From Candidatus Nomurabacteria bacterium RIFCSPHIGHO2_01_FULL_37_25 (GTDB lineage: Bacteria; Patescibacteriota; Minisyncoccia; Phycocordibacterales; UBA9973), in contig MFTH01000010.1 of the NCBI GenBank assembly GCA_001786765.1, positions 34,105 to 98,104 on the forward strand: 64,000 nucleotides of DNA, written 5' to 3'. Each line of letters opens with the position of its first letter. Positions within the stretch are counted from its first letter, which is position 1. Below are positions 40,282 to 50,061 of this stretch, piece after piece. The notes beneath the pieces are model-generated. The model did no database searches and had not been told where the DNA came from. It saw only the letters and a program-made list of their open reading frames with translations. Made by a program: the position numbers and the translations under genes.

Positions 40282-41637
40282 TTAGTTGGAAAGCAAATCA
40301 ATGTTCGCTTGAATATTTTCTTTTAATTTTTTAACACTTCGACTATAACTGCAGGAAGAGCCCCCAGAACCATAATATTTACAAGCTGCTTTATTCTGCG
40401 CGCTCTGACTTGCGCCTACAGCTCCAAGATCAGTAAGATACATACTAGAAGCCATAAAAGCGTCTTCTGGAGACCATGGATTCGGATAATGTTTTAGAAT
40501 ATCTTGCAAACGATCAATAAATAACTTCCATGTAGAAGGTATAAATTGGGCTGGCCCCATGGCTCCACCCCACCCCACAACCCCGGCAATCGGACAAGAA
40601 ACTGCTGTTTGGAAAGCATTTAATTTAAGCTCTGTCGTGATTTCTAAAAATGGCCCTACATCACGAGTGGGTTTCATCACATTTGAAAATGGTGTTCCTG
40701 TATTTTTCCCTACACCTGCTCCTGTTTCAGTATTTGTCAAATAACATTGTCCAACATTTGCGCCAAGATTGCTCTCTTGAGTAAGAATTGCGAGCAAGAA
40801 AGCAGGGTCAATGCCTAGACTTGCTTTTGCAACATTGGCATATGAAAGCGCTGTACCGAAATCAATTTTTTGTGAAATACCAGCCAAATTAAAGAGGGCG
40901 CTACGAATTTTGTCAGCTTGGATTTTTTTCTGCGTCGCCAGTTTCTGATATTCCATTTCTTTATTTTTAGAAATAGCTAAAAGTTGTTTTTTTTGAGCTT
41001 CAGACTTAGCGACGGTTTTTTGCGTGCTCTCTAATTCTTCTTTTGCGTCAGTTTCAGCGTCTTGTTTTTTTTCTAAATCTTGTTTAACAACTTCATTTTG
41101 AGTTTTGATGCCTCTGATAATATCCACTGAATCTTTAACCGCTTGTTTAATGGAAGCGTAAGATTCTAAATCACCATAAAAATCCGAAATATCTTCATTG
41201 GATAAAATCAAATGCACTAGATTTTCTTCGCCAAATTCATTAGTTTTGCGTAAAAGTTGAGCGAGCGACTCATGTTCGCGCTCTATTTTATTTGTTAGTG
41301 ATTTAATGGTGCTTACCCTCTCCGCAATATTTACTTTTAATTGAGCGATGATGAGCGCTCGCGCTTTTATTTTTGTTTTGAGAGCATTAATCTGGCTAGT
41401 CAAATAATCCACATCCCCTTTGATAGTACCGGTTTGCTTTTGCTGTTCTTTTTGTTTATTTAATAAATCTGCAAGTTGAGCTTCAATCTGTGTAAGTTCA
41501 CTGCGACAATAATCTTTTTCAGACTGAGTAGAAGATGTTTTTAAAGTTAAACAATCAAAAACGGCTCCCGCTTTATATATGGATATGCTTAAAAAAAGGA
41601 AAAAAATAAAAATAAAAACCATGGTTCTTTTCACCAT
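40282..41637 (-). CDS. Secreted coiled-coil protein with C-terminal lytic-transglycosylase-like domain
   Basis: Signal/TM, long coiled coil, C-terminal AILTQESNLG...GAMGPAQFIPSTW resembles SLT-type catalytic regions. Confidence 0.5.
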   Translation of the reverse strand: MVKRTMVFIFIFFLFLSISIYKAGAVFDCLTLKTSSTQSEKDYCRSELTQIEAQLADLLNKQKEQQKQTGTIKGDVDYLTSQINALKTKIKARALIIAQLKVNIAERVSTIKSLTNKIEREHESLAQLLRKTNEFGEENLVHLILSNEDISDFYGDLESYASIKQAVKDSVDIIRGIKTQNEVVKQDLEKKQDAETDAKEELESTQKTVAKSEAQKKQLLAISKNKEMEYQKLATQKKIQADKIRSALFNLAGISQKIDFGTALSYANVAKASLGIDPAFLLAILTQESNLGANVGQCYLTNTETGAGVGKNTGTPFSNVMKPTRDVGPFLEITTELKLNAFQTAVSCPIAGVVGWGGAMGPAQFIPSTWKLFIDRLQDILKHYPNPWSPEDAFMASSMYLTDLGAVGASQSAQNKAACKYYGSGGSSCSYSRSVKKLKENIQANIDLLSN

Positions 41638-41663
41638 AGTCTTTATTATAGCATAAAATTATA

Positions 41664-42344
41664 TTATTTTTTTTCTGTCTTTTCTTCTTTGGTTGATGTA
41701 GCGACAGCTTCTGCGTCTTCAGCTCCTTTCTCTTCTTTTTTGCCCTTCTTTTCAACCTCAATGGCAGATAAATCAACCGATGCGGTAACTTCTTTTTCTT
41801 CTACTTGCGCAATAATAGAAGCGACAACTTCAGCGCCGGAAGTGACAGCCACAACACCGTCCGGCAATTTTATATCGGAAACTAAAATATTATTTTCAAG
41901 ACTTTTAAGCGAAGAAATATCGACTGTTAAATTATGCGGCAAGTCTTTCGGTAATGCTTCTATCTCAATCTCATGAAGCACTTTAACGAGATTCCCAATT
42001 CCACTTTTAACAGCGCCGGCTATGCCTTCAAAAACAAGTGGCGCTTTAATGCGTATCTTCTTTTTCATATCTATAGCCAAAAAATCTACATGTATCGGCT
42101 CGTCTGTCACTGGGTCAACTTGAACTTCATGAATAAGCGCGTCTACATCGCCATTTGCAGTTGAGATTTTGATAGCAGAAGACTCCCCCGCATCTCGCCA
42201 GATTTTTTTAAATTCAATATTCGATAGCGTTACAGAAGTGGTAGTTTCTCCCGCGCCATAAAACACAGCTGGAATTTTCCCGGATTTTCTTAAAAAACTT
42301 AATTTAACATCTTTGTCTCTCTTGTCAGCTTTGATTATAAACAT
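41664..42344 (-). CDS. rplY: 50S ribosomal protein L25 (Ctc form) with K/E-rich tail
   Basis: L25/Ctc N-domain homology. Confidence 0.85.
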   Translation of the reverse strand: MFIIKADKRDKDVKLSFLRKSGKIPAVFYGAGETTTSVTLSNIEFKKIWRDAGESSAIKISTANGDVDALIHEVQVDPVTDEPIHVDFLAIDMKKKIRIKAPLVFEGIAGAVKSGIGNLVKVLHEIEIEALPKDLPHNLTVDISSLKSLENNILVSDIKLPDGVVAVTSGAEVVASIIAQVEEKEVTASVDLSAIEVEKKGKKEEKGAEDAEAVATSTKEEKTEKK

Positions 42345-42438
42345 AAAAATAGTATACAGAAAAAAAAGAAAAAAGCAACTTTATACGCTTAATAAATAAC
42401 TTTTATTTTAATTCTTATGTTATATTAATTAAGCTTGT

Positions 42439-42515
42439 CCCGTTAGAGATAACGGAATTAATGCTATGTTATATAATTAACTCACAAAAAAATATTTATG
42501 AAAATCTCTAACGGG
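42439..42515 (+). promoter_or_regulatory. 5' leader inverted repeat (CCCGTTAGAGAT...ATCTCTAACGGG-ATG) of rnr
   Basis: 12-bp perfect inverted repeat enclosing ~55 nt; 3' arm ends at the rnr ATG. Confidence 0.5.
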
Positions 42516-44564
42516 ATGAAAAAAAACCAAATAAAAAGACTCGAGGGTATCATGTCTATTTCCTCAAAAGGCGTTGGATATGTAAAAGTTCCAGAATTGA
42601 AAGAAGATATAGAAATTGATTCAAAATACTTGAATACTGCTATGCATGGAGATACTGTGGAAATCATTTTACATCCTAAAGAAAAAAGTCGCTCCGCTTA
42701 TGCCAAAGGCTACGGCGAGAGAAAACAAACAGCCGAAGTATCAAAAATAATTTCTCGTATTAAAACTTGTTTTGCCGGGGTTTTAGAATCGGAACCCTCT
42801 AAGTTTGGAACAAAAAATAATATTTATTTTTTGAAACCAGACGATACGAAAATGTACACAGATATTTTGATACCTGAAAGAGCGTTGCACGAAGCGAAAG
42901 CGGGGCAAAAAGTTTTTGTGGAAATAGTTTCATGGGAAAATGCAAACAAAGCGCCAGAGGGAAAAGTAATTAAAATTTTAGGTCAACCCGGAGATAATGA
43001 TACAGAAATGCATGCAATCGCCATGGAAAAAGGTTTTGATAGCGAATTTCCAAGAAAAGTGAAAGATGAGGCTAAAAATATCTCCGCCCACAATAAACAC
43101 GCGTCAGACAAAAAAGAAAATGATTATGCGGAACGACGCGATTTTAGAAAAATCTTAACTTTCACTATTGACCCAATAGACGCAAAAGACTTTGATGATG
43201 CAATTTCTTTCCAAGAATTAAAAAATAGCGAATACGAAATAGGTATTCATATCGCTGACGTTTCGCATTATGTAAAAGTCGGTAGCGCTCTTGATGATGA
43301 AGCGCGCCAGCGTGGAACTTCGGTGTATTTAGTAGATAGAACAATACCCATGCTCCCAGAAGAACTATCAAACGATTTATGCAGTTTAGTGCCAAATAAA
43401 GACAGACTCACAATGAGCGCAGTTTTTATAATAGACAAAAATGCCAAAATAAAAAGTGAGTGGTATGGACGCACTGTGATACATTCTCAAAAAAGATTTA
43501 CTTATGAAGAGGCTGGCGAGACAATCAAAAAAGCTAATGCTCCGCTCCATAAAGAATTATCAATCTTAAACAATCTGGCAAAAAAATTAACTTTAGATCG
43601 ATTTGCGCAGGGAGCAATATCTCTAGACCAAGAAGAAGTAAAATTTGTATTAGATCCTAAAGGAGTACCGATAAAAGTGGTGGTGAAAGAGCGTGGTGAT
43701 TCAAATAAGTTAATTGAGGAATTTATGCTTTTAGCTAATAAAAAAGTGGCTGAAGTATTATCTCCAAAATTATTTCAAGAGCGTCCTGATAAAAAAGCGG
43801 AAAAAGAAAATAGCGTATCTCTTTATCGCATACACGATTTACCCAGTAAAGAAAAAATGGCGGATTTGGCTTTTTTCTTACAAAGCTTGGGACACAAAGT
43901 AACTCTCCGAGATGGAATTATCCCCAGTTATGAGATAAATAATCTTCTGAAAAAATTAGCGGGGAAAAATGAAGAAAATACTGTGCAACGAGCAGTAGTG
44001 AGGTCTATGGCTAAAGCAATTTATTCCACTAAAAATATAGGACATTATGGGCTCGCATTTCCTTATTATACTCATTTTACTTCTCCAATTAGAAGATACC
44101 CAGACATTGTGGTGCATAGATTGCTCAATGATTATCTTGCAAAGAAAAAAGTTGGAAAAACCTCGCCCGACTCCCCCGTAAATATATGGCCAAAAGAAAA
44201 ATTGCTTGAATATGAAAAAATTGCCAGAATTTCATCCGAACAAGAAAAGCGCGCTTCTGACGCCGAAAGAATTTCAATAAAATACAAACAGGTTGAATAT
44301 ATGAGCAAACGTCTTGGAGAAAGTTTTGTGGGAGTGATAAGTGGCATAACAGAATGGGGTATTTATGTGGAAGAGATAGAAACCAAATGTGAAGGATTAG
44401 CGCGAGTGCGAGATATGAAAGACGACTTTTACATTTTTAATGAAAAAAAACTTGAATTGACTGGACAAAAAAACAAAAATAAATACCGTTTGGGTGATCG
44501 TGTTAAAATAAAAGTAAAGGGAGTTGATTTAGAAAGAAAAACAATAGACTATGTTTTGATATGA
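42516..44564 (+). CDS. rnr: Ribonuclease R (cold-shock, RNB and S1 domains)
   Basis: RNB catalytic motifs, C-terminal S1; ORF track begins at 42498, the second ATG at 42516 is more likely. Confidence 0.88.
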   Translation: MKKNQIKRLEGIMSISSKGVGYVKVPELKEDIEIDSKYLNTAMHGDTVEIILHPKEKSRSAYAKGYGERKQTAEVSKIISRIKTCFAGVLESEPSKFGTKNNIYFLKPDDTKMYTDILIPERALHEAKAGQKVFVEIVSWENANKAPEGKVIKILGQPGDNDTEMHAIAMEKGFDSEFPRKVKDEAKNISAHNKHASDKKENDYAERRDFRKILTFTIDPIDAKDFDDAISFQELKNSEYEIGIHIADVSHYVKVGSALDDEARQRGTSVYLVDRTIPMLPEELSNDLCSLVPNKDRLTMSAVFIIDKNAKIKSEWYGRTVIHSQKRFTYEEAGETIKKANAPLHKELSILNNLAKKLTLDRFAQGAISLDQEEVKFVLDPKGVPIKVVVKERGDSNKLIEEFMLLANKKVAEVLSPKLFQERPDKKAEKENSVSLYRIHDLPSKEKMADLAFFLQSLGHKVTLRDGIIPSYEINNLLKKLAGKNEENTVQRAVVRSMAKAIYSTKNIGHYGLAFPYYTHFTSPIRRYPDIVVHRLLNDYLAKKKVGKTSPDSPVNIWPKEKLLEYEKIARISSEQEKRASDAERISIKYKQVEYMSKRLGESFVGVISGITEWGIYVEEIETKCEGLARVRDMKDDFYIFNEKKLELTGQKNKNKYRLGDRVKIKVKGVDLERKTIDYVLI

Positions 44565-46504
44565 AACAAAATCTAAATCAAAAAACTTTACAGATAATTA
44601 AATTATTTTTTTGGACGCTATTTCCTATCATCTTAGGTGTTTTTCTTGTTTCACTTGTAATAATCATTTTTAATAAAATTAATTATGCGAAAATACAGGA
44701 AACAGGAAACAACACAGCAATAGCCATACAATCTCTAACTCCAGAAGAAATAAAAGAAGAAAAACCCAGATATTTCTATTTAAATAATGCTAGTGAAGAG
44801 CCTAAGGTCGGAGCCATTGCGTACTTGGTCGGAGACTTGAATACAGGCGAAGTAATACTGTCAAAAAATCAGAATCAGAAATTTCCAATCGCTTCTGTTT
44901 CTAAACTTATGACTGCATTGGTTACAAGAGAGATAACAAATCAAAATGATGTTGCGCAAGTAAGCAAAAAAGCTTTAGCCACAAAGGGCACAAATGGCAA
45001 TCTCCGGGTAGGAGAAAAAATAAAAACTACAGATTTATTATATCCCCTTCTTTTAGAATCAAGCAACGATGCCGCAGAAGTGCTCGCAGAACATTTTGGA
45101 CGAGACATTTTTATAAAAAAAATGAACCAACAATCTGAAATATTAAAAATGTCAGAAACATTCTATAAAGACCCGAGCGGGCTGTCAGAGAAAAATCAAT
45201 CAACCGTTTCAGATATATTTAAGTTAGTTGGATACTTGAATCAGCAAAAGAAAGATTTATTAGAGATAACAACAAAGCGAAGTTATTCAAATAAAAAACA
45301 CAGCTGGTCAAATATCAACCAATTCATACAAAAAGACGGATATTTTGGCGGCAAAAGCGGATATACAGACCCCGCTAAACAAACTGTCGTTTCTCTTTTC
45401 AATCTACCCCTTGGCCAAACGGGCTATCGCCCTATCGCTATCACTTTATTGCAAAGCGCTGATCGACAGAGGGACGTGGAAACTATTTTAAAATATTTAA
45501 ATAAAAATATATATTATGGAGGATCAGCCGATGCGAATACAAACTGGGTGGAAGAAAGGGTTGGTATGCCAAATATTAAAGACTTGGATTTCGTAACACT
45601 AGCTTTCGGGGGTGATATAATGCTTGATCGCGGAGTAAAAAATTCAGTCAGAAAAAATTTCAACAATGATTACTCTAAACTTTTTGAAAAACCAGATTTG
45701 GTTAACTTATTAAAAAAAGTTGACATTATCTTTGCTAATCTGGAAGGCGCAGCCTCAGATAAAGGCGCGGATTTAAAAAATTTATATTCTTTCAGGATGG
45801 ATCCGACGGTTGTCCCAGCTTTAAAAAATGCAGGTATGAGTATCTTGTCAGTAGCTAATAATCATATCGGGGACTTCGGTCGTATTGCTTTTATTGACAC
45901 ACTTGGGCTCTTAAAAGAAAATGAAATACTTTACACCGGAGGAGGAATAGATAAAACAGAAGCCGAAAAGCCTGTGATTATTGAAAAATACGGAATAAAA
46001 ATTGGATTTCTTGGTTTCTCAGACAAAGGACCGGACTACATGATAGCGGATAAAGAAAAAGCGGGCATACTTCTTGCAAATGATCCAAACTTTGATGAAA
46101 TAATAAAAAATGCTAGCGAACAAGTTGACTACCTGGTTGTCTCATTTCACTTTGGCGAAGAATATCAAACAAAACACAATGAAAGACAGAAATATCTGGC
46201 TCATAAAGCCGTGGACAATGGCGCAAAAATAATAATAGGACACCACCCGCATGTTATACAAGACACAGAAATTTATAAAAATAGTTTCATCATTTATTCA
46301 CTCGGAAATTTTATTTTTGATCAAACATTCAGCGCTGAAACCATGGAAGGTATGCTCCTTAATATTAAATTATGGAGAGACAGAAATATGACAGTTAGAA
46401 AAGACATACTAAAATTAAATAAAACTTTCCAACCGGATAAAATCATCAAAGGCAAAGAGGAAAAGATAAAATTTGAAGATACAAAAATACAAGAAAGATT
46501 ATGA
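44561..46504 (+). CDS. Fusion of D-alanyl-D-alanine carboxypeptidase (S11) with CapA/PgsA-type metallophosphatase domain
   Basis: SxxK motif (ASVSKLMTALV) in the N-half; CapA-like GGDIMLDRGV, HHPH motifs in the C-half. Confidence 0.7.
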   Translation: MKQNLNQKTLQIIKLFFWTLFPIILGVFLVSLVIIIFNKINYAKIQETGNNTAIAIQSLTPEEIKEEKPRYFYLNNASEEPKVGAIAYLVGDLNTGEVILSKNQNQKFPIASVSKLMTALVTREITNQNDVAQVSKKALATKGTNGNLRVGEKIKTTDLLYPLLLESSNDAAEVLAEHFGRDIFIKKMNQQSEILKMSETFYKDPSGLSEKNQSTVSDIFKLVGYLNQQKKDLLEITTKRSYSNKKHSWSNINQFIQKDGYFGGKSGYTDPAKQTVVSLFNLPLGQTGYRPIAITLLQSADRQRDVETILKYLNKNIYYGGSADANTNWVEERVGMPNIKDLDFVTLAFGGDIMLDRGVKNSVRKNFNNDYSKLFEKPDLVNLLKKVDIIFANLEGAASDKGADLKNLYSFRMDPTVVPALKNAGMSILSVANNHIGDFGRIAFIDTLGLLKENEILYTGGGIDKTEAEKPVIIEKYGIKIGFLGFSDKGPDYMIADKEKAGILLANDPNFDEIIKNASEQVDYLVVSFHFGEEYQTKHNERQKYLAHKAVDNGAKIIIGHHPHVIQDTEIYKNSFIIYSLGNFIFDQTFSAETMEGMLLNIKLWRDRNMTVRKDILKLNKTFQPDKIIKGKEEKIKFEDTKIQERL

Positions 46505-46536
46505 GTAGACTCTGTATATGATAAAATTACTCATCT

Positions 46537-46570
46537 GTCTAAGATTTCCGCATATGCGGAAATCTTAGAC
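46537..46570. repeat. 34-bp perfect palindrome GTCTAAGATTTCCGCATATGCGGAAATCTTAGAC (family P3) between convergent genes
   Basis: Perfect dyad; related copies at 20003-20026 and 52081-52106 with half-site 51429-51447. Confidence 0.8.
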
Positions 46571-46572
46571 TC

Positions 46573-47181
46573 TTAGACATGGTATCCGGCTTTTGTAAGC
46601 AATTCTTTTAATAAGTGTATCGGCATACCAACGATACTTTCTTCGTTACCCTCAATTTTTTTAACATAGGGTCTTAAAATGGGATGCTGAACACCAAAAC
46701 CACCAGCTCGACCAAGCGGATCTCCAATTTTTATAAAATTTTCAATTACAGACTCTGAAAATGGATTCCAAAAAACTTGCGCCTTAGCAACACCCTCATA
46801 ATATACTCCTGTGGCAGTGTTAAAGATAACAATGGCTGTTACCCCTTCCGGAGCCACGCCTGCGCTATATTCTCTCAGAAATTTACGCGCTTCTTCTTCC
46901 GACTCCGGTTTTTCCCTCAGTTTTCCATTACACACTGCAACAGCATCAGAAGTAATAAGAAGGGCTGGCTCGTTAATTTTTGATATAAGAACATTCGCCT
47001 TAGCCCTCGCTAGCAAAAGCGGTCTTTTATATGGATCATTCTCTATGATTTCTTTTTCATCTAACTCAGGAATTAAAACTTCAAAAACATAACCCGCTTT
47101 TTCCATGAGATCCTTTCTATATTTAGAAGATGAGCCAAGAATTAATTTCATAAAATTATTTCGCAATTTGTGTAGCTTCAT
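46573..47181 (-). CDS. maf: Maf-like nucleoside triphosphate pyrophosphatase
   Basis: Maf-family homology (LILGSSSKYRKDLM...). Confidence 0.82.
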   Translation of the reverse strand: MKLHKLRNNFMKLILGSSSKYRKDLMEKAGYVFEVLIPELDEKEIIENDPYKRPLLLARAKANVLISKINEPALLITSDAVAVCNGKLREKPESEEEARKFLREYSAGVAPEGVTAIVIFNTATGVYYEGVAKAQVFWNPFSESVIENFIKIGDPLGRAGGFGVQHPILRPYVKKIEGNEESIVGMPIHLLKELLTKAGYHV

Positions 47182-49339
47182 TAAATTTTACAGAGAGAAG
47201 TTTAGAGGCTCCATTTGCGCCTATTGTGACTCCATAAAGCACTCCAGCGCGAGACATCGTCTCGCGGTTGTGAGTAACGACAATAAGCTGTGAATGTTTA
47301 GAGAGTTTCTCTAACATATCACCGTATTTGCGCGAATTTGCTTCGTCAAGCGCGGCATCGGTTTCATCCAATACCAAAAACGGTGGCGGATTTACTTGAG
47401 ACATAGCGAAGAGAAGGGCTATAGATGTGAGCGACCTCTCTCCGCCTGAGAGCGCATGAAGCTCTTTGACTTTTTTGTGAGGAAGCTTCACATTTATTTC
47501 TATTCCCTGTTCGAGCACGGATTCTTCTTCATCAATAAAGTCTTCCTCTAATTCTATATCTTCATAATTTTTTCCCGACGCTTGCGGTCGGGACCCCGAC
47601 TCCTCTGGGCGTCGGGACTTTTTATTTTCAACAACAATAGCAAGAGAACCTGTACCCCCATCGAACATTAGAGAAAAGAATTCTTGAAATTCCACATTTA
47701 TCTTTTTGATACCCTCTTTAAACTCTACATCAATTTTCTCTTTCAATTCTGCTATAAGCTTTTGTAATGATTCAACGCTTTTTGTTAAATCTTCTAATTC
47801 TTTTGCTAAAAATTGGTCCCGTTCTGAGACTTCTTTAAATTCTTTCAAAACCTCTGCTCCACTACCAACACCGGTATCTTCTAATTTTATTTTTAGGCGT
47901 TCAATTTTTTTCTTTAGTTCTTCTTGAGTAATTTCTTCTGCATTACCCTTTTTAATTTCATAATCTTTATAAGACAAAACAAGAGCTCCAATGAGCGCGA
48001 CGCCTTCTTTGATCTCATTATGAAAAGCTTCTGTCCGATTTTTTAAATTTCCCTCTTTGATAATTACCAACTCTAAAGCCGAAGACAGCTCCTGATGCTT
48101 AACTTTGAATTTAAATTTTTCTTTTTCAAGATCACGCAAAGATTCTATTTCTTTGTTTATCTCTTGCTTTAATGCTTCTATTTGCGCATTTAATTCTTTT
48201 TCTTTATTTTCTATATCTCGCGCCTCCTCTAGAAGACTAGACTGCGAAACTTTTAATTCTATTAGTTCTTTCTCGTTATTCTCTTTATTTTCTATTTGTT
48301 CTTTATTTATTTCTCCTAATTCTTTTCCGCATGTTGGACATCTGCCTAAGAGACCTCCGAGTTTTACTCTATTATTTTTCGCTTCTATCATTCCTTCTAT
48401 TCTGCCGAGCTTGCGTTCTATCTCATTCTTTAGCACTCTAATTCCACTCATTTTTTTCTCAACAATTTTTAATTCTTCAATTTTCTTATTCCCCTTAATA
48501 GAATTGCCGACTTCAATATCATGAATCTTGGGAGTTATCTGTTTTAGTTCATCGTTAATTTTATTTCTTTCGACTAACAAGCCAGATAATTCTAAATCTA
48601 AATAAATACTTTCTTTCTTGAAATATTCTCTATAGAAAGTCGAGAGCTCAATCTGCATTTCTTTCACTTTCTCAAGCTTCTCTACTTGTTTCTTCAAAAA
48701 ATTAAAATGCGGGGCGTTTTCTCTTCGTAACATTACTACTTCTTTCATATTATTAGATGTTCGTTCCAACTTGCGCTCGGATTCTTTTATTTTATATTGA
48801 TATATCTTAAGCCCGAGCGCATCTTCCACCATTTCTTTTCTATCTTTTGGACTCGCATTTAAAATCCTATCCGCTTCGCCTTGCGAAATAATATGATGCC
48901 CAGAGGAGCCGATGTTTACAGAAGCTAAAAGATTATGAACATCTTTTAACCTTACTTCTTCTCCATTTAGAATATATTTATTTAATCCGTCAGAATGCAC
49001 CTCGCGAGAAATAATGATGGTGTCATAATTTAGATTTATATTTTCCCCCGTATCATTTTCAAGTTTAAAAATTTTATCGGAATTATTGAAATATATCGCG
49101 ACATTTGCTCTGGAGCCTTTAGACAAGCTTTTTGACCCTTTGAAAATAAGATCAAGTCCCGACTTTCCACGCATTGACTTCATTGATTGTTCACCTAAGA
49201 CATAACGAAGAGCCTCCACTACATTAGATTTTCCAGAACCATTGGGACCGACGATGCAAACAATAGGACTCTCAAATTCCAAAACAGTTTTTTGAGCAAA
49301 AGATTTAAAACCATTTATTTCAAGAGTTTTGAGCCTCAT
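47156..49339 (-). CDS. smc: Short SMC-type ATPase (727 aa) with CxxC (CPTCG) at the coiled-coil apex in place of a canonical hinge; contains an in-frame GC-rich element insertion
   Basis: SMC N-head (FKSF, GPNGSGKSN), C-head LSGGERSLTSIALLFA...LDETDAALD...LYGVT; CPTCG near residue 335 of 727; inserted SRRPEESGSRPQASGK encoded at 47574-47618. Confidence 0.75.
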   Translation of the reverse strand: MRLKTLEINGFKSFAQKTVLEFESPIVCIVGPNGSGKSNVVEALRYVLGEQSMKSMRGKSGLDLIFKGSKSLSKGSRANVAIYFNNSDKIFKLENDTGENINLNYDTIIISREVHSDGLNKYILNGEEVRLKDVHNLLASVNIGSSGHHIISQGEADRILNASPKDRKEMVEDALGLKIYQYKIKESERKLERTSNNMKEVVMLRRENAPHFNFLKKQVEKLEKVKEMQIELSTFYREYFKKESIYLDLELSGLLVERNKINDELKQITPKIHDIEVGNSIKGNKKIEELKIVEKKMSGIRVLKNEIERKLGRIEGMIEAKNNRVKLGGLLGRCPTCGKELGEINKEQIENKENNEKELIELKVSQSSLLEEARDIENKEKELNAQIEALKQEINKEIESLRDLEKEKFKFKVKHQELSSALELVIIKEGNLKNRTEAFHNEIKEGVALIGALVLSYKDYEIKKGNAEEITQEELKKKIERLKIKLEDTGVGSGAEVLKEFKEVSERDQFLAKELEDLTKSVESLQKLIAELKEKIDVEFKEGIKKINVEFQEFFSLMFDGGTGSLAIVVENKKSRRPEESGSRPQASGKNYEDIELEEDFIDEEESVLEQGIEINVKLPHKKVKELHALSGGERSLTSIALLFAMSQVNPPPFLVLDETDAALDEANSRKYGDMLEKLSKHSQLIVVTHNRETMSRAGVLYGVTIGANGASKLLSVKFNEATQIAK
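47574..47618. repeat. GC-rich double-hairpin palindromic element (family P2), in-frame inside smc
   Basis: CCCGACgcttgcgGTCGGG and CCCCGACtcctctgggcGTCGGG. Confidence 0.7.
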
Positions 49340-49354
49340 ATTCTGTATTTTCTA

Positions 49355-50050
49355 TTAATCCATCCAATTTTTGACTTTTAATGCCATTTCAGCGGCTTTT
49401 TGTTCCGCTTCCTGTTTTGATTTACCACGACCTTCAGCTATCAAATTAGACCCAAAAAAAATACCGACTGTAAAATGTTTATCATGGTCTGGACCTGATT
49501 CACTGAGAACTCTGTACGCTGGCGTAAGGTTTATAAATTCCTGCGCTTTTTCCTGCACTAGAGATTTTGCATCACGCCAAAGTTTCTTTGCCACTATTTC
49601 TTCTGTTTTAGGTAAAAGAGATTCGCGTACAAATTTATCTACTGCCTTTATTCCTTGATCCAGATATAAAGCCCCGATATACGCTTCATATGTATTTGCT
49701 AAAATATATTGCCTTGCTTTGCCATTGTCCTTTTTCTCACCCTTGGATAAAAGCAGATAATCATTCATGCCCATAACTGTCGCAACCTCAGAAATAATGA
49801 CAGCGTTGACCAAAGCTGAACGCAAAGCGGTCAATTCCCCTTCTGTGCAATTTGGATATTTTTTGTAAAGAAAATCAGTTACGATAAGTTCCAGCACAGC
49901 ATCACCCAAGAATTCTAAACGCTCATTGTGTGACAGCTTGGTTGATGCATTCTCATTTATGTAAGAACGATGTATAAAAGCCTGCTCTAACAAACTCTTA
50001 TTTTTAAAAATTATCTTAGTTTTTTTCTCAAAATTTGAAAACTGAATCAT
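49355..50050 (-). CDS. rnc: Ribonuclease III
   Basis: ERLEFLGDAVLEL signature plus dsRBD. Confidence 0.92.
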   Translation of the reverse strand: MIQFSNFEKKTKIIFKNKSLLEQAFIHRSYINENASTKLSHNERLEFLGDAVLELIVTDFLYKKYPNCTEGELTALRSALVNAVIISEVATVMGMNDYLLLSKGEKKDNGKARQYILANTYEAYIGALYLDQGIKAVDKFVRESLLPKTEEIVAKKLWRDAKSLVQEKAQEFINLTPAYRVLSESGPDHDKHFTVGIFFGSNLIAEGRGKSKQEAEQKAAEMALKVKNWMD

Positions 50051-50061
50051 ATTTTTTATTT

